Below are positions 36,952-46,666 of a stretch of 64,000 nt of DNA, one piece after another (the stretch's first letter is position 1; every line of letters begins with the position of its first letter). Position numbers and translations under genes: made by a program. Location: IMG/VR virus record IMGVR_UViG_2724679462_000002, positions 1 to 64,000 of that record. One strand, 5' to 3'. The notes beneath the pieces are model-generated. The model made no database searches. It saw only the letters and a list, made by a program, of their open reading frames with translations, and was not told the origin of the DNA. Origin of the DNA: a virus (lineage: Duplodnaviria > Caudoviricetes).

Positions 36952-38358
36952 TCAGCCCGGGCTGTGCAGCGTGCTGTTGATGAGGTTCTGCAGATACGCG
37001 CCGGTGTAGGCACCGCCCGTGTTATTCACGTTGTCCCCGTGCGGATTGTTCTGATTACCCACGTGGGCGTTGATCGTGCCGTTGAGCGCATTGACTTCGT
37101 TCACAACCACCTGATACTGGTAGGCGATGTTGTTGTTGATGTCCGTAGCGCTATACGTGCCGAGCTGCGCGATCGTGACCCCGTGCGGGTTGCTCAGGTT
37201 ATTGACGTGTGACGAATACGGAGAAACGATCGAATTCTGGATCGTTGTATAAGTCCACGTTCCGATGTTGGCTGCCGTATCCCCGTGAGGGTTGCTTTTG
37301 TTCGAGGTGTGCGCATTGAGCGAGCTTTCGAAAGCGGTCACTTGCGTTTGCAGCGTCGCTTTCTGGGACGCCACTGCACTTGCGATCTGGCCCGTAGTCC
37401 AGGTGCCGATCTGAGCGGCGGTGACTTGGTGCGGGTTGCTATAGTTCGCAATGTGTGCGTTCTGCGTCGTCTCGTTCGCCGTGATCGTCGCCTGCAGCGC
37501 AGTCTGCATCGCGGTCATCGCTGCATCCGACTGCGTCGTGCTGAATGCTCCGAGCTGCGCGGTCGTGACCTTGTGCGGATTGGTGTGGTCCGCGGCGTGC
37601 GTATTGAGCTGACCTTGGATCGACGAATCCCCGTTGACGCGATTTGTGGTCTCTGTCGCGAGCGCAGCGGTCGTCTCCTCGGTCGTGTATGAACCGATCT
37701 GATGCGCCGTCACCTGATGCGGATTGGTGAAGTTCGAGGCGTGAGCGTTAAGTGCAGTGTTAGCTGCAGCGATCTGACCGATCAGTTCCTGAATGACGGC
37801 TTCGGCATACGCTTGCAGCTCCCCCTGGGCCGTTCCCTGACCCAATTGGATTGCGCTTCCGAGACGATCCAACGCGACGACGACGAACTCCATGCCGTAC
37901 ATGTCGTCAGCGATGTGCTGGTGAGGTGCGACCGGGTACTTGCTCGGCTTGTTCGTAATGCTCGCCCAGGTAGCAGGTGCGTCATCAATCTGCAAGCCAG
38001 TGACGGCCGTGGTCACAGCAGCCTGAGAGATGCTGTTGACGCCGCCCAGCGCCTGGTACATCACGCTGACATTCGGACCCACGCTCGAGTCGGTAATGAC
38101 AATGCTCGCGTCGATCTCCTGCCCGTACCGCATCGAGGCCTCGACGTCCATCTGAGTGGCGTAATACTGCGACCCTTGGACGAGAACCTTATTCGTGGTC
38201 GTGTCTTTAACGACCAACGACTTCCGGAAAAAAAGACCGTAGTTGACCGGAAACGCCCGCGTGCCGCGCGTTCCGATCGTTTGGACCTCAGCCGTGATGA
38301 GATTGCTGGCTGCGCTACCGGTCGGGTCCAAAGGTAGCGTAAGCGGTGGCGTAGACAT
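36952..38358 (-). CDS. tail fibre protein with NPH repeats
   Basis: LPLDPTG N-terminus; multiple NPH repeats. Confidence 0.8.
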   Translation of the reverse strand: MSTPPLTLPLDPTGSAASNLITAEVQTIGTRGTRAFPVNYGLFFRKSLVVKDTTTNKVLVQGSQYYATQMDVEASMRYGQEIDASIVITDSSVGPNVSVMYQALGGVNSISQAAVTTAVTGLQIDDAPATWASITNKPSKYPVAPHQHIADDMYGMEFVVVALDRLGSAIQLGQGTAQGELQAYAEAVIQELIGQIAAANTALNAHASNFTNPHQVTAHQIGSYTTEETTAALATETTNRVNGDSSIQGQLNTHAADHTNPHKVTTAQLGAFSTTQSDAAMTAMQTALQATITANETTQNAHIANYSNPHQVTAAQIGTWTTGQIASAVASQKATLQTQVTAFESSLNAHTSNKSNPHGDTAANIGTWTYTTIQNSIVSPYSSHVNNLSNPHGVTIAQLGTYSATDINNNIAYQYQVVVNEVNALNGTINAHVGNQNNPHGDNVNNTGGAYTGAYLQNLINSTLHSPG

Positions 38359-38478
38359 AAGGGTTGACTCCGGCCAGAGCACAAAGCCCGGCTTGAATAC
38401 ATACGGCGACCACGCCCAAGCCCACGCTGGGCGCACCTGCCGCCTAACGTGGGTCTTGAGGGGATCGGAAAAGACGAT

Positions 38479-40746
38479 TTAGGTGGTACCGTTCACAGCG
38501 TTGGCGAGCGTGGTAAACGCAGTGGTCAACTGCGTGAGCATGTTGCTCATCTCGGACGCCAATGCGAACGTGTCCGACGTCGTATAGACGATGCCCGTCG
38601 GTTCCGTCGTGACCTGCGTGATCGTCGACAGGAACTGGCTGGTGTTTTCCGAGAGCGACGTCACCGAGATCTGGTTCGTGTGACCCGGCGTTTTCATCCA
38701 GACCGTCAGAACCGGCGCATTCGCGTTGGTCGTGTCGATTGTGTAGCCGAAGACAGCGGTGGTCGTGCTCAGACCGCTCAGGCTGATCGCCTGCATCGCA
38801 ACGTTGTTGGTCTGAGTCGTATCACGTACCGAGATACGCAGGAACCACGCACCGCTCTGCGCGTCAGTGGTTGCATCGCCGCCCGTCACAATCCACTGAA
38901 CGTCCGGAAACACCGTCTGCGCCTGCGCGCTACCCGGCATGTTCAGCTGCCCGATTGGCGTCCAGACGTTTGCTGCTGCGTTGGTATTTGACGGAACGGA
39001 TTCCTGCGCTGCCACCACGCCCGAGGTCCAGAGCTGCGCGTTGCTCGCTGCGATCGCTGCTGCCTGCAACTGCGACGCCGATTGACCGCCCAATGCCGTC
39101 GCGTTCGCTGCCGTGCCTGCGAGAATTGCCGACGTCAGCTGAGCCTGTGTCAAGCCGTTAAGCTGGGCCGAGTTCGCTGCGGTACCGGCAAGGATGGAAG
39201 CGGTCAACTGCGAGACATTCTGACCACCCAGCTCCAGGGAGTTGGCTGCGGTTCCCGACAGGATTGCAGACGTCAGCGCAGCCTGCGTCAGGCCGTAGAC
39301 CAGGTTCGCATTCGCCACCGTCGCGTTCGCGATGTACGTGTCCCAGTCCGAGGGCGACATGCCGCCGAACATCTCCGAGTCGTTCGCCGTGCCGCCGGAC
39401 ACATACGTCTGGAACTGCGCGGGCGTCATGCCGCCGAGCATCGTCGCGTTGTTTGCCGTGCCAGCCAGAATCTGCGAGGTGAGCTGCGCGACCGTCAAGC
39501 CGCCCAACAGAGAACTGTCCGCCGCCTTGCCCGTCGTGGTCAGATAGCTCTGCAGCATGGAGTCGACCTGGGCGCTCGAATACGCGCCAACCTGAGCAGC
39601 CGTCACATGGTGCGGATTGGTAAAGTCCGCCTCGTGCGTCGTAATCAGTCCCATCGCGCCGCTCGCATTGAGCGCAGCGGCCGTCGCGGCTGGTGTCATG
39701 TACAGGTCGTTGCTCGTACCAGCGATCGCGTCTGCGGTCGTGGCAGTCGACAGGTTTCGAACGTTGCCGAGACCTACCTGTGCCGCGCTTACCTGGTGCG
39801 GGTTGCTGATGTTCAGCAAGTGAGCGTTCAGTGACGAGCCCAGCGAATTGTTGATCGCAGCCATCGTCGTGGCGGGCGTCATGTACAGAGACGTCGAGAC
39901 GCCTGCTGCCGCGTCCGCGGGCGTGGCCACACCGTAGTTCTGGACGTTCCCCAACCCCACCTGAGCAGCCGTCACATGGTGCGGGTTCGTGTAGTTCGCA
40001 ATGTGCGAGTTCATCGGACCGAGCACCTGCGACTGAATCGCCGCGGCGGTGGTCGCTGGCGTCATGTACATGGTGGTCGAGGTGCCCGCGACCCCGTCAC
40101 TGTTTGCCGCCGGCGCGTAGTTCTGAACGTTCCCGAGCCCGACCTGAGATGCGGTCACGACGTGCGGATTGTTGTGGTCCGCTTCGTGTGCGGCCAGGCC
40201 CGTGCCACCGGTCTGCTGGAGAACCGTCTGGATGCCGGAAAGCGCGTCGACCACCTCCGTCATTCCGACGAGATCGTTGATGTCCCAGCTGTGTGCTTCG
40301 GGCGGGAATGCGTAAGGCGTGCCGCTGATTTCTTCCCACGACGTGGTGCGGGCATTGTCCAGCGTGTTCGCGAGCATTGTCGCGATCTGCTGCGCGCTCA
40401 GCGTCCAGACACCACCGACCGTCTGATATTGAAGGGATACAATACCGGCGAGTGCCGTGTCGATGAAACTGATCGAGCCGTACACCCGTTTCGCACACGC
40501 TCGGCTTGCCGAGATGAACCAGTGCGTGAAATAGAAGTCGACGCCTTCATGGAGCGTGCTGATCTGACCGGACGTGTCCTTGTAGGTGATCTGGACAGTG
40601 TCAGCGAAGAACGGCGCGGCGGCCGGAATGATGAGGTGCTGGTCCCGAAAATTCTGAGCTACCAGCTGTTGTTGCTCGCCCTTGATCAGGTTCGATGCCA
40701 GCGAACCCGTCGGATCGAACGGATACGAAAGAGTGGATGTGGACAT
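38479..40746 (-). CDS. tail fibre protein with NPH and AANSxxLGG repeats
   Basis: YPFDPTG N-terminus; NPHxVTAAQVGLGNV repeats, then GTAANxxxLGG repeats. Confidence 0.8.
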   Translation of the reverse strand: MSTSTLSYPFDPTGSLASNLIKGEQQQLVAQNFRDQHLIIPAAAPFFADTVQITYKDTSGQISTLHEGVDFYFTHWFISASRACAKRVYGSISFIDTALAGIVSLQYQTVGGVWTLSAQQIATMLANTLDNARTTSWEEISGTPYAFPPEAHSWDINDLVGMTEVVDALSGIQTVLQQTGGTGLAAHEADHNNPHVVTASQVGLGNVQNYAPAANSDGVAGTSTTMYMTPATTAAAIQSQVLGPMNSHIANYTNPHHVTAAQVGLGNVQNYGVATPADAAAGVSTSLYMTPATTMAAINNSLGSSLNAHLLNISNPHQVSAAQVGLGNVRNLSTATTADAIAGTSNDLYMTPAATAAALNASGAMGLITTHEADFTNPHHVTAAQVGAYSSAQVDSMLQSYLTTTGKAADSSLLGGLTVAQLTSQILAGTANNATMLGGMTPAQFQTYVSGGTANDSEMFGGMSPSDWDTYIANATVANANLVYGLTQAALTSAILSGTAANSLELGGQNVSQLTASILAGTAANSAQLNGLTQAQLTSAILAGTAANATALGGQSASQLQAAAIAASNAQLWTSGVVAAQESVPSNTNAAANVWTPIGQLNMPGSAQAQTVFPDVQWIVTGGDATTDAQSGAWFLRISVRDTTQTNNVAMQAISLSGLSTTTAVFGYTIDTTNANAPVLTVWMKTPGHTNQISVTSLSENTSQFLSTITQVTTEPTGIVYTTSDTFALASEMSNMLTQLTTAFTTLANAVNGTT

Positions 40747-40832
40747 GCTGAAGACTCCCGAACGCCGGAAAGCTCATCGTATGGTTAGGTCAACTTGACA
40801 TACGATTACGATTCGGTCGCTCGGAGAGACGC

Positions 40833-42080
40833 ATGTATACCCTGGTATCTGCCATTGGCAAGTCGCTCGCAAACGGCGAAAAATGGAGCGCCATTGACCT
40901 TGGCAAAATGACTTTCGCCAAGGTAATTCAGAACTATTCGACCGTCTACGCGGTCCTTTCGAACCCGTTTCTGGCAGGCAACGTTAGCCTGAATCTGAAC
41001 AAGATCCTCCCGAAGATCACCAACCAGTTTCAGACATTCAACGCGTATCTGGCTGGCCTCGGGAACACGGCGCTACCGACCTCGACGACGATCCCCACGC
41101 TCTCGACGAAGTACGCGCGCTATCAGGACGGCTTTCGCGCGGGGTATGCCATCACGCCCATCAGCTCGCGAGCGTCGGTCACCGCGCCCTTGCCGACTTC
41201 GGAAAAGGCCGACCTCCTGCTGACGCGCTCGGACATCAACTACGAGACCTTCTACGAAAGCTGTCTGGTCTCCGTGAACGGCTTCTTCCACCTGATCGAC
41301 ACCGACAAGCAAACAGGCGTCTGGGTGACGGACGGGATGAAATCCTGCATCCATTCGAAGAAGAACAAGCTCGGCATCGTGAGCTTTCAGGATCTGGGCG
41401 CGCTCACGCACATTCCGATCACAAGCGACATGTTCTTCAAGCAGAAGAGCACGCAGTCTTACGCCAACCATGCCTACCTGAATTTCGGGCGTGACCTCAC
41501 GAACTACACGGTGATGGTGGTGATCGGTGGGTACCTGCATGTGCTCGATTCGAAGACTGTCCGGTTGGTGGGGAAGAATTCGATCATGATCGACTTCAAC
41601 AACTTGCCGCTGTTCGAGCGTTACTTCGAGTCGAAGCCGCACATCGATCTGTCCGGGCTGCCGCTCACGAGCTACCCGAACAATTCGGAAGCGTTCTCGG
41701 TGGACGAGATGCTCTCGGATGCGTTCATCGAGGCGTACCTGACGCTGTCCCAGTCGTTTGTCGTGTTGATCGACAACACCGAACTCTGGACGGATCTCGT
41801 GCGGGTGCGAGCAGCGAAATTTCCGAATCTCTACGTGAGCTACGTGGAGCCACAGTGGCCGCTCGTCGCGGGATACGGGAAGGTGTCGGAGTACTGGTCC
41901 GTTGAGGAGGATGGGCAATGGGCACTGACCACGGAAGACACGTTGCGCGACAACTATCTCTTTCACACCGTTGAAGCCAAGGCGCAGGTGACGCTGACCG
42001 ATTCACGCAACCCGATGAACCCGCAGGACATCAGTTCGGCATTCTTCCTCCGGATCGGCTGTGACATCGACGTAGGCTGA
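40833..42080 (+). CDS. virion structural protein
   Basis: 415 aa; CLVSVNGFFH, VVIGGYLH, YLTLSQSFVV; divergent from the fibre operon. Confidence 0.7.
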   Translation: MYTLVSAIGKSLANGEKWSAIDLGKMTFAKVIQNYSTVYAVLSNPFLAGNVSLNLNKILPKITNQFQTFNAYLAGLGNTALPTSTTIPTLSTKYARYQDGFRAGYAITPISSRASVTAPLPTSEKADLLLTRSDINYETFYESCLVSVNGFFHLIDTDKQTGVWVTDGMKSCIHSKKNKLGIVSFQDLGALTHIPITSDMFFKQKSTQSYANHAYLNFGRDLTNYTVMVVIGGYLHVLDSKTVRLVGKNSIMIDFNNLPLFERYFESKPHIDLSGLPLTSYPNNSEAFSVDEMLSDAFIEAYLTLSQSFVVLIDNTELWTDLVRVRAAKFPNLYVSYVEPQWPLVAGYGKVSEYWSVEEDGQWALTTEDTLRDNYLFHTVEAKAQVTLTDSRNPMNPQDISSAFFLRIGCDIDVG

Positions 42081-42084
42081 GCAA

Positions 42085-42135
42085 ACGGCATAAGAGCCAG
42101 AGAGGACGCGAAGTCCTTTCTGGCTTCTATGACGT
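42085..42135. terminator. bidirectional CGGCATAA hairpin
   Basis: ACGGCATAAGAGCCAGAGAGGAC-GCGAA-GTCCTTTCTGGCTTCTATGACGT between convergent genes. Confidence 0.75.
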
Positions 42136-42142
42136 CTGCTAC

Positions 42143-43048
42143 CTACGCGGCGGCTTCTTCCAGCAACAACTTGAACTTCGCCTCCACCCACTTCGCCACG
42201 GCCGTACGGGCCAGTGCCGGGAGCATCTCGACGGGTTCGAAGCCCACCTGCGCACCGTAGCGCAGCACGTACACCTTGGCATTGGCGTCCGGAAGACCGT
42301 CGACGAGGACGGCCGCGCGTTCCGTGTTGATCAGGAGCTGCGTAGCCTTGGTGTCTCGATTCTGGTAAAAGCCAGATGGCCAGCTCTTGAGGCGCGACTC
42401 CTCGATCCAAAAGGCATCTTCCTGCCAGCGTTTCAAGCTACGACTGTTCCTGCCGAGCCCACCTCGGCCGCCGGTCACTGCGCCGCTGTTCAGATAAGAG
42501 ACAAAGATGCTCTCCGGACCGATGAACGCCTTCAACGACTCGCGCTCACGCTCCTGCTCGTGTGCCTGCGCCGGCGTCGTGGCCGGGGTCGGACCATCTG
42601 CCGGCGTGGGCTGCTCGGTCGCCGCCTGAACCCGCTTCAGATCCGCTTCGCTGACGTGGTCGACCATGTCCACAAGCTGCGACTGGCCTGCGGCGCGGAG
42701 CGCGTCTTTCAGGACGGTCTTCGCGGTTTCGAGCGCGTCAGCCATTGACGGCGCGAGGGGAGCCTTGTGCTTGTCTTCACCGGCGTCGAATCGGTCGACC
42801 TTCCAATCCGAGCCGATGTTGACTTGTGCCGCGCCCGGAACGACCAGGTCTACCGGTTGCGCCATAACGTCCGACGGACGGTCACCGGCGTCCGGCTGCG
42901 GAGCCTGAGAGGGTTGCGCAGCAGCCAGGTTCAGTTGATCTTCGGAGACGTGCTGGAGGCGGAGCGTTAGTTGCAAAAGCGCGCGTTGCGCGCTGGTGAG
43001 ATGCTGGTTGACCGCCGTCAGCGTGTCGATGATTTCTTTGACTTCCAT
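42143..43048 (-). CDS. hypothetical protein
   Basis: 301 aa, AAAGGA upstream, directly downstream of sbcC. Confidence 0.7.
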   Translation of the reverse strand: MEVKEIIDTLTAVNQHLTSAQRALLQLTLRLQHVSEDQLNLAAAQPSQAPQPDAGDRPSDVMAQPVDLVVPGAAQVNIGSDWKVDRFDAGEDKHKAPLAPSMADALETAKTVLKDALRAAGQSQLVDMVDHVSEADLKRVQAATEQPTPADGPTPATTPAQAHEQERERESLKAFIGPESIFVSYLNSGAVTGGRGGLGRNSRSLKRWQEDAFWIEESRLKSWPSGFYQNRDTKATQLLINTERAAVLVDGLPDANAKVYVLRYGAQVGFEPVEMLPALARTAVAKWVEAKFKLLLEEAAA

Positions 43049-43062
43049 CTTCTTGTTTCCTT

Positions 43063-45585
43063 TTAATGCATGGTGACGTGTGTGTTGTAGACCTTCGGCA
43101 CCGCAATGTTCCGGGCGTCTAACACGCAGACCTGCGCGTTCGTGAAGGCACCGTAGTGGGCCTCGAAGTGCGAGATCATGTAAAGCTGCGTGAAAGGTTT
43201 CGTGTCCATCAGTGTCTTGATGGCCATGACTGCCGCGTGCTGATGTTCGAGGTCGAGCGTCTTTCCGAACTCGTCGAGCGTCAGCGGACCGTGGTCGAGA
43301 TGCAGGCGATTCAGCGCGACGACCTTGAAAGCCAGATCGACGATTTCCTGCATTCCACTACTGCCGCGGCTGACGTCCGCAACGATGTTGTCCCGACTAC
43401 CGACGAGAAGAGGAAACTTGTAGTCCAGCTCCGCGCCGCGCTCACTCGACATCCCGCACGGCAGAACTTCAAGCGGGTACGCCCAGATCTTGCGAATCAA
43501 CTGGTTCATCTGGTGGGTAAAACTTCTGATCGATCCCAGCAACCCGTCTGCAATCAGTCCGTCCGTGGGCGAGAGTCCGCGAACACTCACTCGCAAGGCC
43601 TCCTCTTCCAGCGTCCGACGAGCGATCGTCTTGTTGAGACTTTCGACGATGGCCTTCTGCTGGTTGAGCGCGTTCAGGATTTCTTCCTTGCGGGCGAGCG
43701 TGCTCTGGGTCTGCTGGATGCACTGCTGGATCGTCATGCGGCGCAGCGTCTCGACCTGCATTTCCGTGAGATCGTGGAAGCTCCTCCGAGCAACCTCGAT
43801 CTGCTGCGCCAGGTCAATCGCTTCCATCAGCTGGCGACGGTAGAGGGCGAAAGCGTTGAGATCTTGCCGAGCTTCGCCGAGCGTCTTGGTGAGCGCCTCG
43901 ATCTGCAGACTGGACTCGCCGAGCTTCACGGAGACTTCGGCAAGGTTCTGGTCGCCGAGCTCTTCCGACTGGACGAGAAGCTTAGTTAGTTCCTCAATGT
44001 CGTCGATATGGCGCTTCGCCTTGACCTCCAGTTCGAGATCTTCCCGAAGGACCCCAACCAGCATGTTGGCCGCTACCTTCGGTGCCGACTTCAGATGATC
44101 GGTCTCCAGCAGGTGATCCCAGAAGGGACGCAGTGCGGGTGTTCCGCGGATCGTCTGATGCACTTCCCGAAAAAGCTCACCATACGACTGAATCTGCGCG
44201 ATCCTTGCCTCCGTTTTCCCGACCAAGGCTTCCAGAGACTCAAGCTCCGTCTGGTTCCTCACGATTTGAAGGGTGAGCACATCGAGTGCTTCCAGACTCA
44301 CTCCATGTGTAAACGTGTGCTGGCATTTCGGGCAGGTCGTCGCACCGTTTGCCTTGTGCTGTTCGAGGTGCTGCTTCTTCGCTTGGAAGTGAGCGAGCTC
44401 CTGTCCCTTTTTTGTACGAAGCTCCTTGTACGTTAAGAGCTCGGCGCGCGATTCATCTAACTTGGCACGGCTGAACCGTTCATCTTGGTTCTCCGGCAGG
44501 CGGTTCAATAGGTCAAACATCGCCTCGTGAATCGACTCGAACGATTGCATCGCTACCGCCGGATCAAAGCCTTCCAATTTCAGTTGTCGACTTCTGAGCA
44601 ATGCATCGCGTGCGTCGCGCGCTTGCTGAATTCGAAGCTGAACCGACTTGACCCCATCAGTGCCGCGCTTCTTCAGGATTTCGACCGTCTCCTTCAACTT
44701 TTCGTGGTCGGTCACGCTCTTTGTGAGCACTGCCTCCTGCGCGGTAATTCGGTGCCGGACCGTGTCCATGTGTCGGTCGACATCCTCAACCGAATTGAAC
44801 ACCGGCGTGACCAACTCGTACCAATCGTTCCGGTATGGGCGAGCGGGCGACTCCACGCGAAGGTTCAGCAATCGCTCACTCAGCACCCGAAGCTGGGCTT
44901 CCGTTGCCATCCGCGCAGAATCGACTTCTGACAGCGGGCGCTCGATCGGTGCGCGCATCTCAATCAAACGGGTGAGTTCGACGTGGAGCTCTTTCACGTC
45001 TTTGATCAGCTGCTGCTGTTCTTCTTCCGAGATGATCTTCGCCTGCTCGATCACGAGCTGCTTCTTGTCCAGCTTCAGTGCGCCCGACACGTTCCGAAAC
45101 TCTTCCCGCAACTTGTTGTACACACCGATGGCGTAGTCGTAGTTCGTTTCCGCGAGCCGGGTGAACCACTCCCGACGACGAGACGGACCCATGCTAGTGA
45201 ACTTCTCCACGCCGGTCGCCAGATCGTGCGATTCCGCCGTTATCCCGAACTCCTGCTTGACGAGTTCCTTCTGCACCGCCCCGGTCCCGCCCGGGTTCTG
45301 CTCCTCGCCGTCCTTCATGAAACTGTGCTTGTTGCCGGACGCGAACGTGCTCGTCAAAACGAACTGATGTCCGCGATCGACGATATGAACCTCTTTGCTG
45401 CCCTCTTTCGTATAGAACGCCGGGTTCCCGGGCAGCGGCGTGAGCTCCTCGATGAGTGAGGACTTGCCCGAGCCGTTGGTGCCGAGGATTAGCTGGATCA
45501 GCTCGGTCGGACGGATCTCGAACGTTTCAATCTGGTTGAGCTTGAACCGCTTATAGCCCTTCAGTTTCAGTGCCGTGTAGCGCAT
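43063..45585 (-). CDS. sbcC: SbcC/Rad50-like SMC ATPase
   Basis: GTNGSGKSS Walker A, CPKC zinc hook, GSSG signature, LTLDEFG Walker B, ISH. Confidence 0.9.
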   Translation of the reverse strand: MRYTALKLKGYKRFKLNQIETFEIRPTELIQLILGTNGSGKSSLIEELTPLPGNPAFYTKEGSKEVHIVDRGHQFVLTSTFASGNKHSFMKDGEEQNPGGTGAVQKELVKQEFGITAESHDLATGVEKFTSMGPSRRREWFTRLAETNYDYAIGVYNKLREEFRNVSGALKLDKKQLVIEQAKIISEEEQQQLIKDVKELHVELTRLIEMRAPIERPLSEVDSARMATEAQLRVLSERLLNLRVESPARPYRNDWYELVTPVFNSVEDVDRHMDTVRHRITAQEAVLTKSVTDHEKLKETVEILKKRGTDGVKSVQLRIQQARDARDALLRSRQLKLEGFDPAVAMQSFESIHEAMFDLLNRLPENQDERFSRAKLDESRAELLTYKELRTKKGQELAHFQAKKQHLEQHKANGATTCPKCQHTFTHGVSLEALDVLTLQIVRNQTELESLEALVGKTEARIAQIQSYGELFREVHQTIRGTPALRPFWDHLLETDHLKSAPKVAANMLVGVLREDLELEVKAKRHIDDIEELTKLLVQSEELGDQNLAEVSVKLGESSLQIEALTKTLGEARQDLNAFALYRRQLMEAIDLAQQIEVARRSFHDLTEMQVETLRRMTIQQCIQQTQSTLARKEEILNALNQQKAIVESLNKTIARRTLEEEALRVSVRGLSPTDGLIADGLLGSIRSFTHQMNQLIRKIWAYPLEVLPCGMSSERGAELDYKFPLLVGSRDNIVADVSRGSSGMQEIVDLAFKVVALNRLHLDHGPLTLDEFGKTLDLEHQHAAVMAIKTLMDTKPFTQLYMISHFEAHYGAFTNAQVCVLDARNIAVPKVYNTHVTMH

Positions 45586-45654
45586 TGCGGTCCCCTCCTT
45601 TGTTGTTCCACAGACGATGATCCTATGGCGTAACTTTTACCAAGCGAGTCAGAA

Positions 45655-46620
45655 ATGGGTCCTTCCCAACTCAAGTTTTTCAGCAACGGCATCGTCGCCG
45701 CGAACAAGCCTCTTTCAAGCAACGAAATCGAAGTCACCCCTATCGAAAAGCTGCCCTTCCTGAACGGCGAACTGTCCGATATGGGTAGCCAGATCACCGC
45801 GTCAGGTGCGGACAACACGGGCTCGGCCTACAAGACCCAGGTCGCGTCGTCCAACACGGTGAAGGCAACGTGGCTCAAGCTGGGCGCGGGCAACCGCATG
45901 ACAGCACCGGACGTGCGCCGCGGCGCGACGGTGGCGCTTTATCAATTCGCGGATGAGGACAAGTACTGGTGGACGACGCTGACGGACGACTCCGCGCTGC
46001 GTAAGCTGGAAACGGTCGTCTGGGCGTTCAGCGGAACGGCTGACGAATCACAGGGCACGGATGCGACCAACAGTTACTACATGGAAGTGTCGACGCACCA
46101 GGGATTGATCACCCTGCATACGTCGAAGGGCAACAGCGAGCCCTACGGCTACGACATCCAGCTCAGCACGAAGGAAGGCTACTTCCGCATGCAGGATGAC
46201 ATCGGCAATTACCTGATCCTGGACTCGACGCAGAACCACTTCGAGTTCGGCAACGGTGATCAATCGGTGCTACAGATGCTGAAGCAAAATCTGGCCATGG
46301 CGACGCAGGAATCGATCTCGATGAAGACCAAGAACTTCAACCTCGAGGCGCAGACGTCGAATATCACTTCCAACACGCTCGGCATCAAAGCCACCACCAC
46401 GCACAACGGCGACTTCACGGAGAACGGCGCGATGGGGCTGAACGGCGACATGACCACCGCGGCGGGCGGCGGCGGTAGTGGAGGAACGGCAGGCAGCGGC
46501 AAGATCACGATTGCTGGTCAGACGGAGCTGCTCGGCGATATGGATGTCAAGGGCAACGTCTCGGCGGTCACCATTGCGGCGACCCAGTCGATCACGGCAC
46601 CGAACCTAAAATACAACTAA
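45655..46620 (+). CDS. baseplate central spike / puncturing protein (phiKZ gp164-like)
   Basis: NRMTAPDVRRG in an OB-fold-like N-terminus; beta-strand-rich repetitive C-terminus. Confidence 0.65.
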   Translation: MGPSQLKFFSNGIVAANKPLSSNEIEVTPIEKLPFLNGELSDMGSQITASGADNTGSAYKTQVASSNTVKATWLKLGAGNRMTAPDVRRGATVALYQFADEDKYWWTTLTDDSALRKLETVVWAFSGTADESQGTDATNSYYMEVSTHQGLITLHTSKGNSEPYGYDIQLSTKEGYFRMQDDIGNYLILDSTQNHFEFGNGDQSVLQMLKQNLAMATQESISMKTKNFNLEAQTSNITSNTLGIKATTTHNGDFTENGAMGLNGDMTTAAGGGGSGGTAGSGKITIAGQTELLGDMDVKGNVSAVTIAATQSITAPNLKYN

Positions 46621-46664
46621 GCGACATAAAGCCCAGGGGTCTTCCCCTGGGCGCTTATGCCGTC
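46621..46664. terminator. bidirectional CATAA...TTATGCCG hairpin
   Basis: GACATAAA-GCCCAGGGG-TCTT-CCCCTGGGC-GCTTATGCCGTC between convergent genes. Confidence 0.75.
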
Positions 46665-46666
46665 TT

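Noticed and set aside
32976-40746. Recurring GTGCGG(A/G)TTG words suggesting a CRISPR array or DGR
   Set aside because: They are the codons of the NPH protein repeats, irregularly spaced; no reverse transcriptase or cas gene is in the window
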